Source: Eledone cirrhosa
Lineage: Eukaryota
Reading direction: 5' to 3'
Assembly (NCBI GenBank): GCA_964016885.1
Contig: CAXHJY010000096.1
Coordinates: 744,001-808,000 of the forward strand
Length of the DNA stretch: 64,000 nucleotides
Below, in pieces: positions 25,971 to 39,474 of this stretch (position 1 is its first letter; the number at the start of each line of letters is the position of its first letter). A model generated the notes under the pieces. That model did no database searches. It had not been told where the DNA came from and worked only from the letters and a program-made list of their open reading frames with translations. The position numbers were made by a program, and so were the translations under genes.

Positions 25971-28900
25971 GGAGATAATTTCCAGCCGTCCAAGGGGAGA
26001 TAATTTTCAGCCGTCCAAGGGGAGATAATTTCCCGCCAGCCAAGGGAAGATAATATTTGAAAAAATCAGGCGGAGATAATTTGTAAAAAAAATCAGGGGG
26101 AGATAATTTGTAAAAAAATCAGGGGGAGATAATTTGTAAAAAAAAAATCAGGGGGAGATAATTTGTAAAAAGAATCAGGGGGAGATAATTTGTAAAAAAA
26201 AATCAGGGGTAGATAAATTGTAAAAAAAAATCAGGGGGAGATAATTTGTAAAAAAAATCAGGGGGAGATAATTTGTAAAAAAAATGAAAGGGGAGATAAT
26301 ATCCAGCCGTCCAAGGGGAGATAATTTCCAGCCGTCCAAGGGGAGATAATTTCCAGCCGTCCAAGGGGAGATAATTTCCATCCTTCCAAGGGGATATAAT
26401 TTCCAGCCGTCCAAGGGGAGATAATTTCCCGCCAGCCAAGGGAAGATAATTTTTAAAAAAATCAGGCGGAGATTGTAAAAAAAATCAGGGGGGAGATAAT
26501 TTGTAAAAAAATCAGGGGGAGATAATTTGTAAAAAAAAATCAGGGGGAGATAATTTGTAAAAAATAATCAGGGGGAGATAATTTGTAAAAAAAAATCAAG
26601 GGGAGATAATTTCCAGCCGTCCAAGGGGAGATAATTTCCCGCCAGCCAAGGGAAGATAATATTTAAAAAAATTAGGCGGAGATAATTTGTAAAAAAAATC
26701 AGGGGGAGATAATTTGTAAAAAAATCAGGGGGAGATAATTTGTAAAAAAAATCAGGGGGAGATAATTTGTAAAAAAATTCATGGGGAGATAATTTGTAAA
26801 AAAAAATCAGGGGTAGATAATTTGTAAAAAAAAATCAGGGGGAGATAATTTGTAAAAAAAAAATCAGGGGGAGATAATTTGTAAAAAAAATCAAGGGGAG
26901 ATAATTTCCAGCCGTCCAAGGGGAGATAATTTTCAGTCGTCCAAGGAGAGGTAATTTCTAGCCGTCCAAGGGGAGATAATTTCCAGCCGTCCAAGGGGAG
27001 ATAATTTCCAGCCGTCCAAGGGGAGATAATTTTTTTTAAAAAATCAGGCGGAGATAATTTGTAAAAAAAATCAGGGGGAGATAATTTGTAAACAAAATCA
27101 GGGGGAGATAATTTGTAAAAAAAAATCAGGGGGAGATAATTTGTAAAAAAAATTAGGCGTAGATAATTTTTAAAAAAAAATCAGGGGGAGATAATTTGTA
27201 AAAAAAAATCAGGGGGAGATAATTTGTTTAAAAAATCAAGGGGAGATAATTTGCAGCCGTCCAAGGGGAGATAATTTTCAGCCGTCCAAGGAGAGGTAAT
27301 TTCTAGCCGTTCAAGGGGAGATAATTTCCAGCCGTCCAAGGGGAGATAATTTCCAGCCGTCCAAGGGGAGATAATTTTTTTTAAAAAATCAGGCGGAGAT
27401 AATTTGTAAAAAAAAATCAGGGGGAGATAATTCGTAAAAAAAAATCAGGGGGAGATAATTTGTAAAAAAAAATCAGGGGGAGATAATTTGTAAAAAAAAT
27501 CAAGGGGAGATAATTTCCAGCCGTCCAAGGGGAGGTAATATCTAGCCGTCCAAGGGGAGATAATTTCCAGCCGTCCAAGGGGAGATAATTTCCAGCCGTC
27601 CAAGGGGAGATAATTTCCAGCCGTCCAAGGAGACATATTTTCCAGCCGTCCAAGGCGAGGTAATTTCTAGCCGTCCAAGGGGAGATTAATTCCAGCCTCC
27701 AAGGGGAGATAATTTCCAGCCAGCCAAGGGGAGATAATTTGTAAAAAAATCAGGGGGAGATAATTTGTAAAAAATATCAGGGAGATAATTTGTAAAAAAA
27801 AATCAGGGGGAGATAATTTGTAAAAAAAATCAGGGGGAGATAATTTGTAAAAAAAAATCAGGGGGAGATAATTTGTAAAAAAAATCAAGGGGAGATAATT
27901 TCCAGCCGTCCAAGGGGAGATAATTTTCAGCCGTCCAAGGAGAGGTAATTTCTAACCGTCCGAGGAGAGATAATTTCCAGCCGTCCAAGGGGAGATAATT
28001 TCCAGCCGTCCAAGGGGAGATAATTTCCAGCCGTCCAAGGAGACATATTTTCCAGCCGTCCAAGGAGAGGTAAATTCTAGCCGTCCAAGGGGAGATAAAT
28101 TCCAGCCTCCAAGGGGAGATAATTTCCAGCCAGCCAAGGGGAGATAATTTGTAAAAAAATCAGGGGGAGATAATTTGCAAAAAAAATCAGGGGGAGATAA
28201 TTTGTAAAAAAAATCAGGGGGAGATAATTTGTAAAAAATAATCAGGGGGAGATAATTTCCAGCCCTCCAAGGGGCTATAATTTCCAGTGTCCAAGGGGAG
28301 ATAATTTCCAGCCAGCGAAGGGGAGATAATTTTTTTTTAAAAATCATTGGGAGATTTGTAAAAAAAATCAGGGGGAGATAATTTGTAAAAAAAATCAAGG
28401 GGAGATAATTTCCAGCCGTCCAAGGGGAGGTAATATCTAGCCGTCCAAGGGTAGATAATTTCCAGCCGTCCAACGGGAGATAATTTCCAGCCGTCCAAGG
28501 GTAGATAATATCCAGCCGCCCAAGGACATATTTTCCAGCCGTCCAAGGAGAGGTAATTTCTAGCCGTCCAAGGGGAGATAATTTCCAGCCGTCCAAGGGT
28601 AGATAATATCCATCCGTCCAAGGACATATTTTCCAGCCGTCCAAGGAGAGGTAATTTCTAGCCGTCCAAGGGGAGATAAATTCCAGCCTCCAAGGGGAGA
28701 TAATTTCCAGCCAGCCAAGGGGAGATAATTTGTAAAAAAATCAGGGGGAGATAATTTGTAAAAAAAATCAGGGGGAGATAATTTGTAAAAAAAAATCAGG
28801 GGGAGATAATTTGTAAAAAAAAATCAGGGTGAGATAATTTGCAAAAAAAATCAGGGGGAGATAATTTGTAAAAAAAAATCAGGGGGAGATAATTTGTAAA

Positions 28901-29149
28901 AAAAATCAAGGGGAGATAATTTCCAGCCGTCCAAGGAGAGATAATTTAAAAAAAAATCAGGCGGAGATAATTTGTAAAAAAAAATCAGGGGGAGATAATT
29001 TGTAAAAAAAATCAGGGGGAGATAATTTGTAAAAAAAAATCAGGGGTAGATAATTTGTAAAAAAAAATCAGGGGGAGATAATTTGTAAAAAAAAATCAGG
29101 AGGAGATAATTTGTAAAAAAAATCAAGGGGAGATAATTTCCAGCCGTCC

Positions 29150-32100
29150 AAGGAGAGATAATTTAAAAAAAAATCAGGCGGAGATAATTTGTAAAAAAAA
29201 ATCAGGGGGAGATAATTTGTAAAAAAAAATCAGGGGGAGATAATTTGTAAAAAAAATCAAGGGGAGATAATTTCCAGCCGTCCAAGGGGAGATAATTTTC
29301 AGCCGTCCAAGGGGAGATAATTTCCCGCCAGCCAAGGGAAGATAATATTCAAAAATATCAGGCGGAGATAATTTGTAAAAAAAATCAGGGGGAGATAATT
29401 TGTAAAAAAATCAGGGGGAGATAATTTGTAAAAAAAAAAATCAGGGGGAGATAATTTGTAAAAAAAATCAGGGGGAGATAATTTGTAAAAAAAATCAGGG
29501 GTAGATAATTTGTAAAAAAAAATCAGGGGGAGATAATTTGTAAAAAAAAATCAGGGGGAGATAATTTGTAAAAAAAATGAAAGGGGAGATAATATCCAGC
29601 CGTCCAAGGGGAGATAATTTCCAGCCGTCCAAGGGGAGATAATTTCCAGCCGTCCAAGGGGAGATAATTTCCATCCTTCCAAGGGGATATAATTTCCAGC
29701 CGTCCAAGGGGAGATAATTTCCATCCTTCCAAGGGGATATAATTTCCAGCCGTCCAAGGGGAGATAATTTTCAGCCGTCCAAGGATAGGTAATTTCTAGC
29801 CGTCCAAGGAGAGATAATTTCCAGCCGTCCAAGGGGAGATAATTTCCAGCCGTCCAAGGGGAGATAATTTCCAGCCGTCCAAGGAGACATATTTTCCAGC
29901 CGTCCAAGGAGAGGTAATTCCTAGCCGTCCAAGGGGAGATAAATTCCAGCCTCCAAGGGGAGATAATTTCCAGCCAGCCAAGGGGAGATAATTTGTAAAA
30001 AAAATCAGGGGGAGATAATTTGTAAAAAAAATCAGGGGGAGATAATTTGTAAAAAAAAATCAGGGGTAGATAATTTGTAAAAAATAATCAGGGGGAGATA
30101 ATTTGTAAAAAAAATCAAGGGGAGATAATTTCCAGCCGTCCAAGGGGAGATAATTTTCAGCCGTCCAAGGGGAGATAATTTCCCGCCAGCCAAGGGAAGA
30201 TAATATTTAAAAAAATTAGGCGGAGATAATTTGTAAAAAAAATCAGGGGGAGATAATTTGTAAAAAAATCAGGGGGAGATAATTTGTAAAAAAAATCAGG
30301 GGGAGATAATTTGTAAAAAAAATCAGGGGGAGATAATTTGTAAAAAAAAATCAGGGGGAGATAATTTGTAAAAAAAATCAAGGGGAGATAATTTCCAGCC
30401 GTCCAAGGGAAGATAATTTCCAGCCCTCCAAGGGGCTATAATTTCCAGCGTCCAAGGGGAGATAATTTCCAGCCAGCGAAGGGGAGATAATTTTTTTTAA
30501 AAAATCATTGGGAGATTTGTAAAAAAAATCAGGGGGAGATAATTTGTTAAAAAAATCAAGGGGAGATAATTTCCAGCCGTCCAAGGGGAGGTAATATCTA
30601 GCCGTCCAAGGGGAGATAATTTCCAGCCGTCCAAGGGGAGATAATTTCCAGCCGTCCAAGGGTAGATAATATCCAGCCGTCCAAGGACATATTTTCCAGC
30701 CGTCCAAGGAGAGGTAATTTCTAGCCGTCCAAGGGGAGATAAATTCCAGCCTCCAAGGTGAGATAATTTCCAGCCAGCCAAGGGGAGATAATTTGTAAAA
30801 AAATCAGGGGGAGATAATTTGTAAAAAAAATCAGGGGGAGATAATTTGTAAAAAAAAATCAGGGGGAGATAATTTGTAAAAAAAAATCAGGGGGAGATAA
30901 TTTGTAAAAAAAAATCAGGGGGAGATAATTTGTAAAAAAATCAAGGGGAGATAATTTCCAGCCGTCCAAGGGGAGATAATTTTCAGCCGTCCAAGGGGAG
31001 ATAATTTCCCGCCAGCCAAGGGAAGATAATATTTGAAAAAATCAGGCGGAGATAATTTGTAAAAAAAATCAGGGGGAGATAATTTGTAAAAAAATCAGGG
31101 GGAGATAATTTGTAAAAAAAAAATCAGGGGGAGATAATTTGTAAAAAGAATCAGGGGGAGATAATTTGTAAAAAAAAATCAGGGGTAGATAAATTGTAAA
31201 AAAAAATCAGGGGGAGATAATTTGTAAAAAAAATCAGGGGGAGATAATTTGTAAAAAAAATGAAAGGGGAGATAATATCCAGCCGTCCAAGGGGAGATAA
31301 TTTCCAGCCGTCCAAGGGGAGATAATTTCCAGCCGTCCAAGGGGAGATAATTTCCATCCTTCCAAGGGGATATAATTTCCAGCCGTCCAAGGGGAGATAA
31401 TTTCCCGCCAGCCAAGGGAAGATAATTTTTAAAAAAATCAGGCGGAGATTGTAAAAAAAATCAGGGGGGAGATAATTTGTAAAAAAATCAGGGGGAGATA
31501 ATTTGTAAAAAAAAATCAGGGGGAGATAATTTGTAAAAAATAATCAGGGGGAGATAATTTGTAAAAAAAAATCAAGGGGAGATAATTTCCAGCCGTCCAA
31601 GGGGAGATAATTTTCCGCCAGCCAAGGGAAGATAATATTTAAAAAAATTAGGCGGAGATAATTTGTAAAAAAAATCAGGGGGAGATAATTTGTAAAAAAA
31701 TCAGGGGGAGATAATTTGTAAAAAAAATCAGGGGGAGATAATTTGTAAAAAAATTCATGGGGAGATAATTTGTAAAAAAAAATCAGGGGTAGATAATTTG
31801 TAAAAAAAAATCAGGGGGAGATAATTTGTAAAAAAAAATCAGGGGGAGATAATTTGTAAAAAAAATCAAGGGGAGATAATTTCCAGCCGTCCAAGGGGAG
31901 ATAATTTTCAGCCGTCCAAGGAGAGGTAATTTCTAGCCGTCCAAGGGGAGATAATTTCCAGCCGTCCAAGGGGAGGTAATTTCCAGCCGTCCAAGGGGAG
32001 ATAATTTTAAAAAAAAAATCAGGCGGAGATAATTTGTAAAAAAAATCAAGGGGAGATAATTTGCAGCCGTCCAAGGGGAGATAATTTTCAGTCGTCCAAG

Positions 32101-34920
32101 GAGAGGTAATTTCTAGCCGTCCAAGGGGAGATAATTGCCAGCCGTCCAAGGGGAGATAATTTCCAGCCGTCCAAGGGGAGATAATTTTTTTTAAAAAATC
32201 AGGCGGAGATAATTTGTAAAAAAAATCAGGGGGAGATAATTTGTAAACAAAATCAGGGGGAGATAATTTGTAAAAAAAAATCAGGGGGAGATAATTTGTA
32301 AAAAAAATCATGGAGAGATAATTTCCAGCCGTCCAAGATGAGATAATTTCCAGCCGTCCAAGGAGACATATTTTCCAGCCGTCCAAGGCGAGGTAATTTC
32401 TAGCCGTCCAAGGGGAGATAAATTCCAGCCTCCAAGGGGAGATAATTTCCAGCCAGCCAAGTGGAGATAATTTGTAAAAAAATCAGGGGGAGATAATTTG
32501 TAAAAAATATCAGGGAGATAATTTGTAAAAAAAAATCAGGGGGAGATAATTTGTAAAAAAAATCAGGGGGAGATAATTTGTAAAAAAAAATCAGGGGGAG
32601 ATAATTTGTAAAAAAAATCAAGGGGAGATAATTTCCAGCCGTCCAAGGGGAGATAATTTTCAGCCGTCCAAGGGGAGATAATTTCCCGCCAGCCAAGGGA
32701 AGATAATATTTAAAAAAATCAGGCGGAGATAATTTGTAAAAAAAATCAGGGGGAGATAATTTGTAAAAAAATCAGGGGGAGATAATTTGTAAAAAAAAAA
32801 TCAGGGGGAGATAATTTGTAAAAAAAATCAGGGGGAGATAATTTGTAAAAAAAAATCAGGGGTAGATAATTTGTAAACAAAAATCAGGGGGAGATAATTT
32901 GTAAAAAAAAATCAGGGGGAGATAATTTGTAAAAAAAATGAAAGGGGAGATAATATCCAGCCGTCCAAGGGGAGATAATTTCCAGCCGTCCAAGGGGATA
33001 TAATTTCCAGCCGTCCAAGGGGAGATAATTTCCATCCTTCCAAGGGGATATAATTTCCAGCCGTCCAAGGGGAGATAATTTCCCGCCAGCCAAGGGAAGA
33101 TAATTTTTAAAAAAATCAGGCGGAGATTGTAAAAAAAATCAGGGGGGAGATAATTTGTAAAAAAATCAGGGGGAGATAATTTGTAAAAAATAATCAGGGG
33201 GAGATAATTTGTAAAAAAATTCAAGGGGAGATAATTTCCAGCCGTCCAAGGGGAGATAATTTCCCGCCAGCCAAGGGAAGATAATATTTAAAAAAATTAG
33301 GCGGAGATAATTTGTAAAAAAAATCAGGGGGAGATAATTTGTAAAAAAATCAGGGGGAGATAATTTGTAAAAAAAATCAGGGGGAGATAATTTGTAAAAA
33401 AAATCATGGGGAGATAATTTGTAAAAAAAAATCAGGGGTAGATAATTTGTAAAAAAAAATCAGGGGGAGATAATTTGTAAAAAAAAATCAGGGGGAGATA
33501 ATTTGTAAAAAAAATCAAGGGGAGATAATATCCAGCCGTCCAAGGAGAGATAATTTAAAAAAAAAATGAGGCGGAGATAATTTGTAAAAAAAAAATCAGG
33601 GGGAGTTAATTTGTAAAAAAAAATGAGGGGGAGATAATTTGTAAAAAAAATCAAGGGGAGATAATTTCCAGCCGTCCAAGGGGAGATAATTTTCAGCCGT
33701 CCAAGGAGAGGTAATTTCTAGCCGTCCAAGGGGAGATAATTTCCAGCCGTCCAAGGGGAGGTAATTTCCAGCCGTCCAAGGGGAGATAATTTTTAAAAAA
33801 AAATCAGGCGGAGATAATTTGTAAAAAAAATCAAGGGGAGATAATTTGCAGCCGTCCAAGGGGAGATAATTTTCAGTCGTCCAAGGAGAGGTAATTTCTA
33901 GCCGTCCAAGGGGAGATAATTTCCAGCCGTCCAAGGGGAGATAATTTCCAGCCGTCCAAGGGGAGATAATTTTTTTTAAAAAATCAGGCGGAGATAATTT
34001 GTAAAAAAAATCAGGGGGAGATAATTTGTAAACAAAATCAGGGGGAGATAATTTGTAAAAAAAAATCAGGGGGAGATAATTTGTAAAAAAAATTAGGCGT
34101 AGATAATTTGTAAAAAAAAATCAGGGGGAGATAATTTGTAAAAAAAAATCAGGGGGAGATAATTTGTTTAAAAAATCAAGGGGAGATAATTTGCAGCCGT
34201 CCAAGGGGAGATAATTTTCAGCCGTCCAAGGAGAGGTAATTTCTAGCCGTTCAAGGGGAGATAATTTCCAGCCGTCCAAGGGGAGATAATTTCCAGCCGT
34301 CCAAGGGGAGATAATTTTTTTTAAAAAATCAGGCGGAGATAATTTGTAAAAAAAAATCAGGGGGAGATAATTCGTAAAAAAAAATCAGGGGGAGTTAATT
34401 TGTAAAAAAAAATCAGGGGGAGATAATTTGTAAAAAAAATCAAGGGGAGATAATTTCCAGCCGTCCAAGGGGAGGTAATATCTAGCCGTCCAAGGGGAGA
34501 TAATTTCCAGCCGTCCAAGGGGAGATAATTTCCAGCCGTCCAAGGGGAGATAATTTCCAGCCGTCCAAGGAGACATATTTTTCAGCCGTCCAAGGCGAGG
34601 TAATTTCTAGCCGTCCAAGGGGAGATTAATTCCAGCCTCCAAGGGGAGATAATTTCCAGCCAGCCAAGGGGAGATAATTTGTAAAAAAATCAGGGGGAGA
34701 TAATTTGTAAAAAATATCAGGGAGATAATTTGTAAAAAAAAATCAGGGGGAGATAATTTGTAAAAAAAATCAGGGGGAGATAATTTGTAAAAAAAAATCA
34801 GGGGGAGATAATTTGTAAAAAAAATCAAGGGGAGATAATTTCCAGCCGTCCAAGGGGAGATAATTTTCAGCCGTCCAAGGAGAGGTAATTTCTAACCGTC
34901 CGAGGAGAGATAATTTCCAG
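29150..34920 (+). repeat. Copy of ~5530-11300 at offset ~23,622 bp
   Basis: Offsets 5873->29495, 6535->30157, 7529->31151, 8777->32400 and 10983->34607 span 23622-23624. The rare GGATAGGT variant is at 6164 and 29786. Confidence 0.82.
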
Positions 34921-35962
34921 CCGTCCAAGGGGAGATAATTTCCAGCCGTCCAAGGAGACATATTTTCCAGCCGTCCAAGGAGAGGTAATTTCTAGCCGTC
35001 CAAGGGGAGATAAATTCCAGCCTCCAAGGGGAGATAATTTCCAGCCAGCCAAGGGGAGATAATTTGTAAAAAAATCAGGGGGAGATAATTTGCAAAAAAA
35101 ATCAGGGGGAGATAATTTGTAAAAAAAATCAGGGGGAGATAATTTGTAAAAAATAATCAGGGGGAGATAATTTCCAGCCGTCCAAGGGAAGATAATTTCC
35201 AGCCCTCCAAGGGGCTATAATTTCCAGTGTCCAAGGGGAGATAATTTCCAGCCAGAGAAGGGGAGATAATTTTTTTTAAAAAATCATTGGGAGATTTGTA
35301 AAAAAAATCAGGGGGAGATAATTTGCAAAAAAAATCAGGGGGAGATAATTTGTAAAAAAAAATCAGGGGTAGATAATTTGTAAAAAAAAATCAGGGGGAG
35401 ATAATTTGTAAAAAAAAATCAGGGGGAGATAATTTGTAAAAAAAATCAAGGGGAGATAATTTCCAGCCGTCCAAGGAGAGATAATTTTAAAAAAAATCAG
35501 GCGGAGATAATTTGTAAAAAAAAATCAGGGGGAGATAATTTGTAAAAAAAATCAGGGGGAGATAATTTGTAAAAAAAAATCAGGGGTAGATAATTTGTAA
35601 AAAAAAATCAGGGGGAGATAATTTGTAAAAAAAAATCAGGGGGAGATAATTTGTAAAAAAAATCAAGGGGAGATAATTTCCAGCCGTCCAAGGAGAGATA
35701 ATTTTAAAAAAAATCAGGCGGAGATAATTTGTAAAAAAAAATTAGGGGGAGATAATTTGTAAAAAAAAATCAGGGGGAGATAATTTGTAAAAAAAATCAA
35801 GGGGAGATAATTTCCAGCCGTCCAAGGGGAGATAATTTTCAGCCGTCCAAGGGGAGATAATTTCCCGCCAGCCAAGGGAAGATAATATTCAAAAAAATCA
35901 GGCGGAGATAATTTGTAAAAAAAATCAGGGGGAGATAATTTGTAAAAAAATCAGGGGGAGAT

Positions 35963-38900
35963 AATTTGTAAAAAAAAAAATCAGGGGGAGATAATTTGTA
36001 AAAAAAATCAGGGGGAGATAATTTGTAAAAAAAAATCAGGGGTAGATAATTTGTAAAAAAAAATCAGGGGGAGATAATTTGTAAAAAAAAATCAGGGGCA
36101 GATAATTTGTAAAAAAAATGAAAGGGGAGATAATATCCAGCCGTCCAAGGGGAGATAATTTCCAGCCGTCCAAGGGGAGATAATTTCCAGCCGTCCAAGG
36201 GGAGAAAATTTCCATCCTTCCAAGGGGATATAATTTCCAGCCGGCCAAGGGGAGATAATTTCCATCCTTCCAAGGGGATATAATTTCCAGCCGTCCAAGG
36301 GGAGATAATTTTCAGCCGTCCAAGGAGAGGTAATTTCTAGCCGTCCAAGGAGAGATAATTTCCAGCCGTCCAAGGGGAGATAATTTCCAGCCGTCCAAGG
36401 GGAGATAATTTCCAGCCGTCCAAGGAGACATATTTTCCAGCCGTCCAAGGAGAGGTAATTCCTAGCCGTCCAAGGGGAGATAAATTCCAGCCTCCAAGGG
36501 GAGATAATTTCCAGCCAGCCAAGGGGAGATAATTTGTAAAAAAAATCAGGGGGAGATAATTTCTAAAAAAAATCAGGGGGAGATAATTTGTAAAAAAAAA
36601 TCAGGGGGAGATAATTTGTAAAAAATAATCAGGGGGAGATAATTTGTAAAAAAAATCAAGGGGAGATAATTTCCAGCCGTCCAAGGGGAGATAATTTTCA
36701 GCCGTCCAAGGGGAGATAATTTCCCACCAGCCAAGGGAAGATAATATTTAAAAAAATTATGCGGAGATAATTTGTAAAAAAAATCAGGGGGAGATAATTT
36801 GTAAAAAAATCAGGGGGAGATAATTTGTAAAAAAAATCAGGGGGAGATAATTTGTAAAAAAAATCAGGGGGAGATAATTTGTAAAAAAAAATCAGGGGTA
36901 GATAATTTGTAAAAAAAATCAGGGGGAGATAATTTGTAAAAAAAAATCAGGGGGAGATAATTTGTAAAAAAAATCAAGGGGAGATAATTTCCAGCCGTCC
37001 AAGGAGAGATAATTTTAAAAAAAATCAGGCGGAGATAATTTGTAAAAAAAAATCAGGGGGAGATAATTTGTAAAAAAAAATCAGGGGGAGATAATTTGTA
37101 AAAAAAATCAAGGGGAGATAATTTCCAGCCGTCCAAGGGGAGATAATTTTCAGCCGTCCAAGGGGAGATAATTTCCCGCCAGCCAAGGGAAGATAATATT
37201 CAAAAAAATCAGGCGGAGATAATTTGTAAAAAAAATCAGGGGGAGATAATTTGTAAAAAAATCAGGGGGAGATAATTTGTAAAAAAAAAAATCAGGGGGA
37301 GATAATTTGTAAAAAAAATCAGGGGGAGATAATTTGTAAAAAAAAATCAGGGGTAGATAATTTGTAAAAAAAAATCAGGGGGAGATAATTTGTAAAAAAA
37401 AATCAGGGGGAGATAATTTGTAAAAAAAATGAAAGGGGAGATAATATCCAGCCGTCCAAGGGGAGATAATTTCCAGCCGTCCAAGGAGAGATAATTTCCA
37501 GCCGTCCAAGGGGAGATAATTTCCATCCTTCCAAGGGGATATAATTTCCAGCCGTCCAAGGGGAGATAATTTCCATCCTTCCAAGGGGATATAATTTCCA
37601 GCCGTCCAAGGGGAGATAATTTTCAGCCGTCCAAGGAGAGGTAATTTCTAGCCGTCCAAGGAGAGATAATTTCCAGCCGTCCAAGGGGAGATAATTTCCA
37701 GCCGTCCAAGGGGAGATAATTTCCAGCCGTCCAAGGAGACATATTTTCCAGCCGTCCAAGGAGAGGTAATTCCTAGCCGTCCAAGGGGAGATAAATTCCA
37801 GCCTCCAAGGGGAGATAATTTCCAGCCAGCCAAGGGGAGATAATTTGTAAAAAAAATCAGGGGGAGATAATTTGTAAAAAAAATCAGGGGGAGATAATTT
37901 GTAAAAAAAAATCAGGGGGAGATAATTTGTAAAAAAAATCAAGGGGAGATAATTTCCAGCCGTCCAAGGGGAGATAATTTTCAGCCGTCCAAGGGGAGAT
38001 AATTTCCCGCCAGCCAAGGGAAGATAATATTCAAAAAAATCAGGCGGAGATAATTTGTAAAAAAAATCAGGGGGAGATAATTTGTAAAAAAATCAGGGGG
38101 AGATAATTTGTAAAAAAAAAAATCAGGGGGAGATAATTTGTAAAAAAAATCAGGGGGAGATAATTTGTAAAAAAAAATCAGGGGTAGATAATTTGTAAAA
38201 AAAAATCAGGGGGAGATAATTTGTAAAAAAAAATCAGGGGGAGATAATTTGTAAAAAAAATGAAAGGGGAGATAATATCCAGCCGTCCAAGGGGAGATAA
38301 TTTCCAGCCGTCCAAGGGGAGATAATTTCCAGCCGTCCAAGGGGAGATAATTTCCATCCTTCCAAGGGGATATAATTTCCAGCCGTCCAAGGGGAGATAA
38401 TTTCCATCCTTCCAAGGGGATATAATTTCCAGCCGTCCAAGGGGAGATAATTTTCAGCCGTCCAAGGAGAGGTAATTTCTAGCCGTCCAAGGAGAGATAA
38501 TTTCCAGCCGTCCAAGGGGAGATAATTTCCAGCCGTCCAAGGGGAGATAATTTCCAGCCGTCCAAGGAGACATATTTTCCAGCCGTCCAAGGAGAGGTAA
38601 TTCCTAGCCGTCCAAGGGGAGATAAATTCCAGCCTCCAAGGGGAGATAATTTCCAGCCAGCCAAGGGGAGATAATTTGTAAAAAAAATCAGGGGGAGATA
38701 ATTTGTAAAAAAATCAGGGGGAGATAATTTGTAAAAAAAATCAGGGGGAGATAATTTGTAAAAAAAATCAGGGGGAGATAATTTGTAAAAAAAAATCAGG
38801 GGTAGATAATTTGTAAAAAAAAATCAGGGGGAGATAATTTGTAAAAAAATCAAGGGGAGATAATTTCCAGCCGTCCAAGGGAAGATAATTTCCAGCCCTC

Positions 38901-39474
38901 CAAGGGGCTATAATTTCCAGCGTCCAAGGGGAGATAATTTCCAGCCAGCGAAGGGGAGATAATTTTTTTAAAAAAATCATTGGGAGATTTGTAAAAAAAA
39001 TCAGGGGGAGATAATTTGTAAAAAAAATCAAGGGGAGATAATTTCCAGCCGTCCAAGGGGAGGTAATATCTAGCCGTCCAAGGGTAGATAATTTCCAGCC
39101 GTCCAACGGGAGATAATTTCCAGCCGTCCAAGGGTAGATAATATCCAGCCGCCCAAGGACATATTTTCCAGCCGTCCAAGGAGAGGTAATTTCTAGCCGT
39201 CCAAGGGGAGATAATTTCCAGCCGTCCAAGGGTAGATAATATCCAGCCGTCCAAGGACATATTTTCCAGCCGTCCAAGGAGAGGTAATTTCTAGCCGTCC
39301 AAGGGGAGATAAATTCCAGCCTCCAAGGGGAGATAATTTCCAGCCAGCCAAGGGGAGATAATTTGTAAAAAAATCAGGGGGAGATAATTTGTAAAAAAAA
39401 TCAGGGGGAGATAATTTGTAAAAAAAAATCAGGGGGAGATAATTTGTAAAAAAAAATCAGGGGGAGATAATTTG
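35963..39474 (+). repeat. Near-identical copy of 1-3512 (offset 35,962 bp)
   Basis: ORFs from 74 to 2888 recur at +35962 with the same translations, and six rare substitutions from positions 137-798 are shared. Confidence 0.9.
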
